DNA from: Alphaproteobacteria bacterium HGW-Alphaproteobacteria-3
GTDB lineage: Bacteria; Pseudomonadota; Alphaproteobacteria; Parvibaculales; Parvibaculaceae
Length of the DNA stretch: 64,000 nucleotides
Reading direction: 5' to 3'
NCBI GenBank assembly: GCA_002842875.1
Contig: PHEF01000007.1
Span: 3,671 to 67,670 of the forward strand
The notes under the pieces were generated by a model, which worked only from the letters and a program-made list of their open reading frames with translations, searched no databases and had not been told where the DNA came from. The position numbers were made by a program, and so were the translations under genes. Shown in pieces: positions 19,493 to 27,782 of the stretch; positions within the stretch are counted from its first letter, which is position 1, and each line of letters begins with the position of its first letter.

Positions 19493-20773
19493 TCAGAGCT
19501 TGCCGGTCAACGTGATTGCCACGACGTTGCGCGTATAGTCCGCGGTTGCGACATTGGAGTCGCGATCCTCGAACGTATACCGGAGCCCGACGTCCACATT
19601 GCGGTTCAAGAGGTAGAGCACGCCGGCGCTGGCGCCGAGCAGATCGTCATCGCGCGGACTGGAGTTGAAGTCGTTATTGCCGTAGGACAAACCGCCGCTC
19701 AGGATCAGGTTGCGCATCAGCTCGTGATCGACATCGACCCCAAACGTCTGCCGGTCGAAGCCCGACGAACCGCCGATCGTCGTTTCCTGAACACTCTGGT
19801 CGGCGGTGAAGGTCACCGTGGTCATGGGCGTCACGAACCAGTCGACATTCGCACCATAGGTAAGACCGTCGGTATCGGTGAAGGTCGCTTCGTCGTAGCT
19901 GCGTTCCTGGTAACCGACATAGGCGCCGCCCTGGGCGAGATTGGTCAGGCGGAATTCAGAGCCGACCACAACCTGCCAGCCATCGGAGTCGCGCGTGATG
20001 CCGACAACCGGAGGCTGAAGGTCGTATTCGCGCTGGTCGAGCTGACCTTCGACAAAGAAGTTCGTGTCGGGCGAGACGTTATAGGCAAGACGCACCCGCT
20101 CGTAGAACTCCTCGCGGTCGCGGAAGTCCTGGTCGATGGGAAGGCCCCCGACCGACGTGCTGTCATCGTAGTCGTAGTCGCGGTATTCGCCGCCGACCGT
20201 CGCCGTCACGCGGGCGAAATTCTGGGAGAGCGCCGCGTTGCCCGTGAAGAGATTGTATTCGACGGGCTCGTCGGCGGCCGCGGGCGAACTCGGATCGCCG
20301 CGATCCTCGTGCCGCTGGGCATAGGACAAGCCACCGGTCAGCGCCGTCGCCGAAGATATGTCGAGCGTACCGCTCGCGCCGACATTCCAGTCGAAGCGAT
20401 CCTCGCCAGTGTTGTCGGCGTAGAAATCCTGCGAGAGCCCCGCATTCAGATTGAGCGCGTGGCGGCTCCAGGTCGAGTTGACGGCAACACCGGCGGCAAG
20501 CGTCGTGATGAAGTCGTCGGTCTCGTTGTTCGACGTGGCGAAGATGTTGTCATTATAGGCTTCGGTCACGGAAGCGGTCGGATAGACCATGAATCCGCCG
20601 GCACGAATGCCCGCCGCGTCGTAGCCCGGACGCTGTCTTTCCATGACGGACTGCCCGCGCACGTCCGTCAAATCGGTATCTGTTCCCCCGGCCTGTTGCG
20701 CATAGGCGCCACAGGCTGAAGCCACCAAAATCCCTGCAGCGAGGGACGCAAGGCGAATGCCGCCGTCGGTCAT
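19493..20773 (-). CDS. Outer-membrane beta-barrel protein associated with polysaccharide export
   Basis: Signal peptide MTDGGIRLASLAAGILVASACGAYAQ. It has alternating amphipathic strands rich in Y/G/D/N/T throughout and a GGAGAA RBS. It sits between the OPX and PCP genes. Confidence 0.7.
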   Translation of the reverse strand: MTDGGIRLASLAAGILVASACGAYAQQAGGTDTDLTDVRGQSVMERQRPGYDAAGIRAGGFMVYPTASVTEAYNDNIFATSNNETDDFITTLAAGVAVNSTWSRHALNLNAGLSQDFYADNTGEDRFDWNVGASGTLDISSATALTGGLSYAQRHEDRGDPSSPAAADEPVEYNLFTGNAALSQNFARVTATVGGEYRDYDYDDSTSVGGLPIDQDFRDREEFYERVRLAYNVSPDTNFFVEGQLDQREYDLQPPVVGITRDSDGWQVVVGSEFRLTNLAQGGAYVGYQERSYDEATFTDTDGLTYGANVDWFVTPMTTVTFTADQSVQETTIGGSSGFDRQTFGVDVDHELMRNLILSGGLSYGNNDFNSSPRDDDLLGASAGVLYLLNRNVDVGLRYTFEDRDSNVATADYTRNVVAITLTGKL

Positions 20774-20866
20774 CGATATTCTCCGCTTTTTGCTTGTCAG
20801 CCAGCCCCCACGCCCCCCGCCATACCCAAATCAACTCATGGCGGAGGATTGTACCGGCAGTGTCTT

Positions 20867-21367
20867 TTACGTCGCGCTCGCGGGCTCTTCCGGGGTCTGA
20901 TCGTCTTCCCCGACGAGCGTGTCATCGCCCCCGCCCGCGTTCTGCTCGATCGAAGCCGTCTTGTCGGTCGTACCCGACGAAACGGCGCCAACCAGTGTCT
21001 CGTCGCCGGACGCTGCCACAAGTGCCTGCATATTCGTCGCAGCGGTCGGATTGGTGAGCGCGATCACGGCGATCGCCGCGCCAAGACCCCGGCCCAGGGC
21101 GATCTTGAGATCGCTGTCGGCAGGCAGGCCCGCCGCAACGGCGATAACCGCCTGCGCCGCACCCTCGGGGTCTTCGGAATTCGTCACATATTCTTCGATG
21201 GCGGCTTCGAGACCGTCAATATCGCCAGCATACTGAACCAGCAGCGCCTCGATATCGGCCTGGGCACCCGCGATGTCCTGAGCAACGGCAGGCGACGGAT
21301 TGAAGGCAATCGCCGCGAAGGCGAGCGCCACCGCAAATGCAACCGCCGTGTACATGGATTTCAGCAT
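20867..21367 (-). CDS. Small secreted acidic Ala-rich protein, unknown function
   Basis: 166 aa, strong RBS (GAGGAG), signal peptide MLKSMYTAVAFAVALAFAAIAFNPSPAVAQ, and a D/E-rich C-terminal tail. I recognise no family. Confidence 0.6.
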   Translation of the reverse strand: MLKSMYTAVAFAVALAFAAIAFNPSPAVAQDIAGAQADIEALLVQYAGDIDGLEAAIEEYVTNSEDPEGAAQAVIAVAAGLPADSDLKIALGRGLGAAIAVIALTNPTAATNMQALVAASGDETLVGAVSSGTTDKTASIEQNAGGGDDTLVGEDDQTPEEPASAT

Positions 21368-21666
21368 GGCAAGATCTCCTCGGATCGTCGGACCTCGTAT
21401 CCAGGAAGGACAGGAGGTTACCGCAAGACTGCGCGACTAAATGATTGGCGACCGCCCCCGCCCGCTAACCATTTCGCATTGGTAGAACCATAGCACAAGC
21501 ATGGCGCGAGTCCGATGCGCAAGCTGCCGCAGACGCCGATTCCTGCCGATCCGGCATCATTTTAGGCTTCCCCGTGGCGAAAATGTCTCGCTCGGAAAAA
21601 TCAAGATTCGTACACAGAGCAATGGTTTATGGTTAATGATCTAAATCGGGACAGCACGGCGTCAAG

Positions 21667-22344
21667 TCAGAAAAAGCGCTCCGGCACGCGCAAGACATCG
21701 CCCGGCAGCACCCTGACCGCCTGGCTGGCCGGGTATTCGACCTCGTTGCCCTCGCCGCGAGTGATGTAAACCTTGTCCTGATTGGCCCGGTAGGTGTAGC
21801 CGCCCGCAACCGCAACCGCATTGAGCACCGTCATGCTGCTGGTATAGGGATACTGACCGGGCGACGAAACTTCGCCATAGATATAGAAGGGCCGGTAATT
21901 CAGCACCTCCACGCTCACGCGCGGGCTGGTGAGGTAGCCGTCCCGGAGCTTTGTCTCGACCGCATCCTCGAAGGCGCTGAGCGTCAGCCCCCTGGCCCGC
22001 ACCTGCCCGATGAGCGGCAGCGCCACCACGCCGGCGCCGCCGACGTCGAACTCGCCCGAGAGATCCGGCTCCCCGAAAACCAGCACTCTCAGCCTGTCGC
22101 CCGTGCCGAGCTCATAATCGATATCCGCATCGGGCGGCATGGACGCACCGGCCTGCTCCGATACCGATCCCTCCGTCACAGGCCCCGGCGCGTTGACGCG
22201 CGGCCCGTCCGTGCAGGCCGCCACCGCGGCGATCGCGAAGACGGCGAAGGCTACCGCTGCCTTGCGCCGCAGGGCGCCGAGAGCCCCGCGCCTGAAGAAA
22301 TCCCCGAAGCCGTTCCCGCCGGTTTCCGCCGCAGAATGGTTCAT
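21667..22344 (-). CDS. Outer-membrane polysaccharide export protein (OPX; Wza/ExoF family), short form, lipoprotein
   Basis: Start taken at MNHSAAE; the track ORF has an implausible N-terminal extension. It has a lipobox-like AAVAAC and a Poly_export motif region (YELGTGDRLRVLVFGEPDLSGEFDV). One SLBB-like domain ends in LPGDVLRVPERFF right at the C-terminus. Confidence 0.85.
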   Translation of the reverse strand: MNHSAAETGGNGFGDFFRRGALGALRRKAAVAFAVFAIAAVAACTDGPRVNAPGPVTEGSVSEQAGASMPPDADIDYELGTGDRLRVLVFGEPDLSGEFDVGGAGVVALPLIGQVRARGLTLSAFEDAVETKLRDGYLTSPRVSVEVLNYRPFYIYGEVSSPGQYPYTSSMTVLNAVAVAGGYTYRANQDKVYITRGEGNEVEYPASQAVRVLPGDVLRVPERFF

Positions 22345-22531
22345 CGAATAGCCCCTTCTTCCGGTTTGCCCGCAGCCGGGATCGGAAGCTCCCGGGAACG
22401 CAAGGCAAACAAATTCAATGTGCTTCGGCTCGCCTCTCGTGGCGACGCCGCCTCGGCGTTCGTTTTCTAACATCTCGCGCGCGGAGAAAGAGAAGAAAAA
22501 CGCAGAAAACGGCCAAAATCAGCCCGCCTGG

Positions 22532-23359
22532 TTAACCCGTCGCCGCAAGCGGCACCTCCGCGTCGCGCGTTTGGACGAAGCGGTGCGATGTTCCTTCCAG
22601 TACAACCGCGGTGAGGAGCCCTGTCATATAGGCCCCGGTATCTACACCGATCCTGTTCGCCTTGACGACAGCCTCCTCGCGCGGCGTATGCCCGTGCACG
22701 ACGATCTTTCCGAAAGCCCTGTCGGAATCGAGAAAGCCCTCGCGGATCCACAGGAGGTCCTCCTCGATCTGGCGATGCAGCGGCACACCCGGACGCACCC
22801 CCGCATGAGCGAAGAAATAGCCCCCGAACTCGGCCGAAAGCATGAGCGATTTCAGGAAGTTGAGATGGGCGGCCGGCAGCGCCTCGACGAAGCGCTCGCG
22901 TGCGCGCTCGAAGGCGGCCGGATCGTCCGTGCGCGTCAGCTCCGTGACGCCGTAGGAATGGAGCGTTTCGAGGCCGCCATAATATTTCCAGGTCTTGCCA
23001 AAAGCGGCATCGTCAAGGAACTGAAGCATGGCCTGCTCGTGGTTCCCCCTGAGAAAGACATAGTCGAAGCCCGGCAGCCGCGCGCCCGTCAAACGATCGA
23101 GCACGTCTTTCGACTGAAGTCCCCGATCGACATAATCTCCAAGGAAAATCAATACGTTATGGCACGATCCCCGGTCTTTCGCATCGGCCTCGATCTGATC
23201 GAGCAGCCGCGCGAGCAGGTCGTCGCGGCCATGAATGTCGCCGACGGCATAAATTCGCATTCCCTCGGGCAGGGACGCAGGCTCCCCGCCTTGCAGGGCA
23301 CCCTTGAGCCGGTTGAGCAGTCCGCCGATCACACGTTCCTTCCGGGCACGCATGCGCAT
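22532..23359 (-). CDS. PPP-family metallophosphoesterase (PrpA/ApaH-like Ser/Thr/Tyr protein phosphatase)
   Basis: Motifs GDIHG (IYAVGDIHGRDD), GDYVDRG and RGNHE (LRGNHEQ), with VVHGHTP near the C-terminus. Confidence 0.85.
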   Translation of the reverse strand: MRMRARKERVIGGLLNRLKGALQGGEPASLPEGMRIYAVGDIHGRDDLLARLLDQIEADAKDRGSCHNVLIFLGDYVDRGLQSKDVLDRLTGARLPGFDYVFLRGNHEQAMLQFLDDAAFGKTWKYYGGLETLHSYGVTELTRTDDPAAFERARERFVEALPAAHLNFLKSLMLSAEFGGYFFAHAGVRPGVPLHRQIEEDLLWIREGFLDSDRAFGKIVVHGHTPREEAVVKANRIGVDTGAYMTGLLTAVVLEGTSHRFVQTRDAEVPLAATG

Positions 23360-23580
23360 GCCGCTTCGTCAGTCAGCCCTCATGCGGCCAAGGTTAGCCG
23401 ATTTCCATGTGCAAACAAGGAGATACCCGGCCGCTGGGCTGGATTCAGGGGGTATCGGGATGTTTCGCCGCACCCCGCCGCCGATGCCGCCGCACCGCGC
23501 TTGCCGCCTGGCGCTTATAGAGTGGCAGGGCAATTGGGCTATAAAGAGCCAAATCACTTCGGCGCCCACAGGAGCGAAGC

Positions 23581-24564
23581 TTGTCCCGTTCGACGACCAA
23601 ACCGACACCCGAAACCGGCCACCTTGCCTCGGCCAGCCGCACCCTCTCGCTGGAAATCGAGGGCCTGAAGGCACTGCTGGCCTCGCTCGACGGCCCCTTT
23701 ATCGAGGCAGTGGAGACGCTCGGCCGCGCGGAAGGCCGCATCGTCGTGACGGGTATGGGCAAGTCCGGCCATGTCGCGCGCAAGATCGCGGCGACGCTGG
23801 CCTCGACCGGATCGCCCTCTCAATATGTCCATCCGGGCGAGGCTTCCCACGGCGACCTCGGCATGATCACCGCGAGCGACGTGATCCTCGCGCTGTCCTG
23901 GTCCGGCGAGACCGCCGAACTGTCGAGCATCATTTCTCACGCGAAACGCTTCGCGATCCCGCTCATCGCCATGACGGCGGAAGCGGCAAGCGCGCTCGGC
24001 CGCGCGGGCGATGTGGCGCTCGTCCTGCCGCGCGCGGAGGAAGCCTGCCCGAACAAGCTCGCGCCCACGACCTCGACCACCATGCAGCTTGCGTTGGGCG
24101 ATGCGCTCGCGATCGCGCTTCTGGAGAAGAAGGGCTTCTCCGCCCGCGACTTCAAGGTCTTCCATCCCGGCGGCAAGCTCGGCGCGATGCTCGCCCATGT
24201 CCGCGAGATCATGCATGTGGGCGACGAGCTGCCGCTCACCGGGCCCGGAACGCCGATGTCGGAAGTGCTTCTTGTCATGTCGCAAAAGAGCCTCGGCTGC
24301 GCGGGCATTGTGGACGAAACGGGCAAGCTGACAGGTATGATCACCGACGGCGACATCCGCCGCCATTCTTCCGGCGACCTCCTGTCACGCAAGGCGGCCG
24401 AGGTGATGAACCCGTCGCCGACAACGGTGGGCCCCGAGATGCTCGCGTCCGAAGCGGTGAAAATCCTCAACGAAAAGAAGATCACAAGTCTCTTCGTCGT
24501 CGAGGACGGCAGGCCTGTCGGCGTCGTCCACATCCACGACTTCCTGAAGGCGGGCGTCGTATAG
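23581..24564 (+). CDS. kpsF: Arabinose-5-phosphate isomerase (KpsF/GutQ family; SIS + tandem CBS)
   Basis: SIS motif VVTGMGKSGHVARKIAATLASTGSPS and a C-terminal CBS pair. TTG start as given by the ORF track. Confidence 0.9.
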   Translation: MSRSTTKPTPETGHLASASRTLSLEIEGLKALLASLDGPFIEAVETLGRAEGRIVVTGMGKSGHVARKIAATLASTGSPSQYVHPGEASHGDLGMITASDVILALSWSGETAELSSIISHAKRFAIPLIAMTAEAASALGRAGDVALVLPRAEEACPNKLAPTTSTTMQLALGDALAIALLEKKGFSARDFKVFHPGGKLGAMLAHVREIMHVGDELPLTGPGTPMSEVLLVMSQKSLGCAGIVDETGKLTGMITDGDIRRHSSGDLLSRKAAEVMNPSPTTVGPEMLASEAVKILNEKKITSLFVVEDGRPVGVVHIHDFLKAGVV

Positions 24565-24703
24565 GCGAACGGCCCTGAAGGCCGCTACAGCCAGCCGGAA
24601 TCGATTGCCGCGATGCCGGGCAGATCGTCATAGCCGGGACTGCCGCCATCTGCGCGTCACGCCGGACAAGCCGTGTAACATGCGCGAAACGAAGGGGAGA
24701 CCG

Positions 24704-25828
24704 ATGTTCGGACATCAGATCAGACTGTTCCGCCTGGCGGGTTTCGACGTGATGCTCGACCTGAGCTGGGTCTTCATCGCGCTGCTCGTCTCGTGGACGC
24801 TTGCGACCGGCTACTTCCCCGAGATCTATCCCGGCCTCGAACCGCTTACCTATTGGTCGATGGGGATCGTGGGCGCGGCCGGACTCTTCCTCTCGATCAT
24901 CCTCCACGAGCTTTCCCATTCGCTCGTCGCACGGCGCTTCGACATCCCGATCACCGGCATCACGCTTTTCATCTTCGGCGGTGTCGCGCATATGGCCAAG
25001 GAGCCGCCGACGGCGCGCTCGGAATTCCTGATGGCGATCGCGGGACCGATCGCCAGCCTCGTCCTGTCGGGGTTCTTCTATCTCACCGCGTCCGCCGCTC
25101 TCGCCGCGGGCCTCGGCGACACGGTTGCAGGCGTTGCCGGTTATCTCGCGCTCATCAACCTGATCGTCGCGGTCTTCAACATGGTGCCCGCCTTCCCGCT
25201 CGACGGCGGTCGCGTCTATCGCGCCTGGCTCTGGGGCAGACTCGGCGACCTCAACGAAGCCACGCGGCGCGCTTCCGCCGCCGGACAGACCTTCGGCCTC
25301 ATCCTGATTGCGTTGGGGGTGGTGAGCCTCTTTTCCGGCAATGTTATCGGCGGCCTCTGGTGGGGACTTATCGGCCTCTTCCTCCACACCGCCTCACGCG
25401 CCTCCTACGCGCAATTGCAGGCGCATGTTCTGCTCGAGGCCGAACCCGTCTCGCGCCTCATGACAAAGAACCCGGTCACCGCGCCAGCCGGCATTTCGCT
25501 GCGCGAGCTCGTCGACAATTATGTTTACGGCTCGTTCCACGAAACCTTTCCTGTGATGGAAGGCGAGCGGCTCGTGGGCAGCATCGGCGTTTCGGACCTG
25601 CGTGGCACCGGCAGCGCCGACCGGGAGCGCAAGAAGGTGCGCGACGCGATGCACCCGCTCTCGGCCATGAACACGGTGGCGCCCGGGGAAAACGCCGAAA
25701 CGGCACTCCAGCGCATGCGCGAGGGCGGTCATTCGCGGCTCATGGTGGTGGAGGAAGGCAGGCTCCTCGGCATCGTCGCGCTGCGCGACATCATGCGGCT
25801 GATGGAGCTGAAGCAGAACCTCGGCTAG
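24704..25828 (+). CDS. Site-2 protease family (M50) zinc metalloprotease with C-terminal CBS pair
   Basis: ATG at 24704 is preceded by GGGGAGA. HELSHSLVA HExxH motif, several TM helices, and a CBS pair at the C-terminus. Confidence 0.85.
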   Translation: MFGHQIRLFRLAGFDVMLDLSWVFIALLVSWTLATGYFPEIYPGLEPLTYWSMGIVGAAGLFLSIILHELSHSLVARRFDIPITGITLFIFGGVAHMAKEPPTARSEFLMAIAGPIASLVLSGFFYLTASAALAAGLGDTVAGVAGYLALINLIVAVFNMVPAFPLDGGRVYRAWLWGRLGDLNEATRRASAAGQTFGLILIALGVVSLFSGNVIGGLWWGLIGLFLHTASRASYAQLQAHVLLEAEPVSRLMTKNPVTAPAGISLRELVDNYVYGSFHETFPVMEGERLVGSIGVSDLRGTGSADRERKKVRDAMHPLSAMNTVAPGENAETALQRMREGGHSRLMVVEEGRLLGIVALRDIMRLMELKQNLG

Positions 25829-25968
25829 GCGGGCACGCCCGTAAAGGCAAACAGAATGCTCGGGCCAAGCATGACGGCATTGTAGGTGCCATGCATGATG
25901 GCAGGCGCCCGAAGCGAGCCTGTGACCCATGCAAACGCCGCAAGAACGAAGCCGACCGCGAAGAGCAT
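25825..25968 (-). pseudogene. Possible remnant of a CPBP (CAAX/Abi-type) intramembrane protease C-terminus
   Basis: A 47-codon ORF not in the track: MLFAVGFVLAAFAWVTGSLRAPAIMHGTYNAVMLGPSILFAFTGVPA. It carries an HxxxN motif (HGTYN) like CPBP motif 3. It is wedged between two convergent genes. Confidence 0.3.
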
Positions 25969-25973
25969 GGCCG

Positions 25974-27782
25974 TCAGCCCGCCGCTTTCTCCGCCTTCGA
26001 GGCCATGAAGGCGCGCCAGCCGCCAAAAGCCGTAATGTCTTCGGCACCGTCAAGACCGCTCTCCTCGCAGAGGAACCCCTTCACGCTGCGCCCGTTCTGA
26101 AGATCGAGTGTGCCGATGCAGAGCGGCTGTGGCACACCCGCCATGAAACTTCCAAAGGCGGCGCGCGGTACGCGCCAGACTTCGAGCTCGATCGCGGTGC
26201 CGCTTTGCGCGACGCGCACGAGCCCCGGCCGGAAGGGCGGCCCGCCCGCCAGCGCGTGAAAGCGGTAGCGAGGCGCCGTGCGCGTGCGCTCGACGAACAT
26301 GGCACCGCGCGAAGTGAGTTCGTGATTGAGCGGCAGGCCCGACATATGCGCGCCGACGACCGCCAGCTCGATGAAGCCTTCATCCGGTTTCTCGATCGCC
26401 ACGGGCCCACCGGGCGCAAGCCCCTGCGCCGCCTCGAAGGCGGCCGCGAGCGCAACGAGCTTCCCATCGGAGAAGGCAGGCGCGCAAAACGTCACGCCGA
26501 AGGGAAGCCCCGCTGCCCTGCCCTGCGCACGAATGCCTGCGGGAACGGCGATGCCCGCCATGTCGAGCAGGTTCATGAAATTCGTATAGGTGCCGAGGCG
26601 GCTGTTGAGCTTCACGGGGTCGGCCATCACCTCGTCCACGCGGTAGATGGTGGGCGCGGCCGGTACGACGAGCACATCGATATCGGCAAAGAGCGCAAGC
26701 GCGCGCCGCTTCAGTGCTTCAAGCCTGTAAAGCGTCTCGAACGTCTCGACGGCATTACGGCCTCTGCCGCCAAGCACGATGCCCCGCACGGTGGGATCGG
26801 TTTCGGCCTCGTGCGCCTCGATGAAGCCGCCGACGGCCGCTGTGCGCTCGGCGACGAAAGGCCCCTCGTAGAGAAGTGCCGCTGCCTCCGCGAAAAGAGA
26901 AAAGTCGATCCGCCGCGCGCGGCCGCCAAGTTCCTCCAGCCGGTTCGCCGCTTCCTCGAAAAGCCGCGCCGCTTCGTCGTCGCCAAAGAACTGGAGATCG
27001 GATGCGCGTGGCACGGCGAAGGTGAAGTCACCGCCGAGCGGCGGCTTCACCTCCGGCATGCGGGCGCGGGAATAGATATCCTGCCCGTCGAAGACCGCCG
27101 CCACGTCGAACACGGCCTCGGCATCGGCGGCGGTGAGCGCGAAGATCGACACGCAATCGAGCGACCGGCAGGCGGGCACGACACCGCGCATCGAAAGGAG
27201 ACCGCGCGTGGGCTTCAGACCCACGATATTGTTGAAGGCGGCCGGCACGCGGCCCGAGCCCGCCGTATCGGTTCCGAGCGCGAAGGAAACGATCCCCGCC
27301 GCGACGGCGACGGCCGAACCCGACGACGAACCGCCCGAGATGAAATCGCGATTGAAGACGGAGCGCGGGCTTCCGTGGGGCGAGCGCGTGCCGACAAGGC
27401 CAGTGGCGAACTGGTCAAGATTGGTCTTGCCGAGCGCGATGGCGCCCGCCTCGATCAGCCGCGCCACGGCGAAGGCGCTTTCCTCCGGCCGATAGGCGAA
27501 GGCAGGACACGCCGCCGTCGTCGGCAGCCCTTCGACGTCGATATTGTCCTTCACCGCGAAGGGCACGCCGAACAAGGGCATCCTTGCGCGAACCTCGCGC
27601 GGGAGTGCATCGAGCGCACGGGCGCGGGCAAGAACCGCCTCGTCGCCGAAGCGCGAAATCCAGACCGCCGGATCGCTGCCCGCCGCCGCGCGCGCCAGCG
27701 CCTCGCGCGCCACGTCTTCGGCGCGGACGCCGGAAGCGAAAGCAGCCCGAAGCGAAGCGAGAGAAAAGTAAAGACCCTTCAC
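25974..27782 (-). CDS. Allophanate hydrolase (amidase-signature N-domain + C-terminal AH domain)
   Basis: Amidase signature GGSSSGSAVAVAAG. The GTG start at 27782 overlaps the carboxylase stop (GTGA); the track ORF start at 27872 is an overextension. Confidence 0.9.
   Translation of the reverse strand: MKGLYFSLASLRAAFASGVRAEDVAREALARAAAGSDPAVWISRFGDEAVLARARALDALPREVRARMPLFGVPFAVKDNIDVEGLPTTAACPAFAYRPEESAFAVARLIEAGAIALGKTNLDQFATGLVGTRSPHGSPRSVFNRDFISGGSSSGSAVAVAAGIVSFALGTDTAGSGRVPAAFNNIVGLKPTRGLLSMRGVVPACRSLDCVSIFALTAADAEAVFDVAAVFDGQDIYSRARMPEVKPPLGGDFTFAVPRASDLQFFGDDEAARLFEEAANRLEELGGRARRIDFSLFAEAAALLYEGPFVAERTAAVGGFIEAHEAETDPTVRGIVLGGRGRNAVETFETLYRLEALKRRALALFADIDVLVVPAAPTIYRVDEVMADPVKLNSRLGTYTNFMNLLDMAGIAVPAGIRAQGRAAGLPFGVTFCAPAFSDGKLVALAAAFEAAQGLAPGGPVAIEKPDEGFIELAVVGAHMSGLPLNHELTSRGAMFVERTRTAPRYRFHALAGGPPFRPGLVRVAQSGTAIELEVWRVPRAAFGSFMAGVPQPLCIGTLDLQNGRSVKGFLCEESGLDGAEDITAFGGWRAFMASKAEKAAG

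Noticed and set aside
23522-23540. Sigma-54-like TGGCAG-N5-TTGG sequence upstream of kpsF.
   Set aside because: The essential -12 GC is missing (TTGG instead of TTGC) when spaced from the -24 GG. No enhancer-binding protein gene is nearby.
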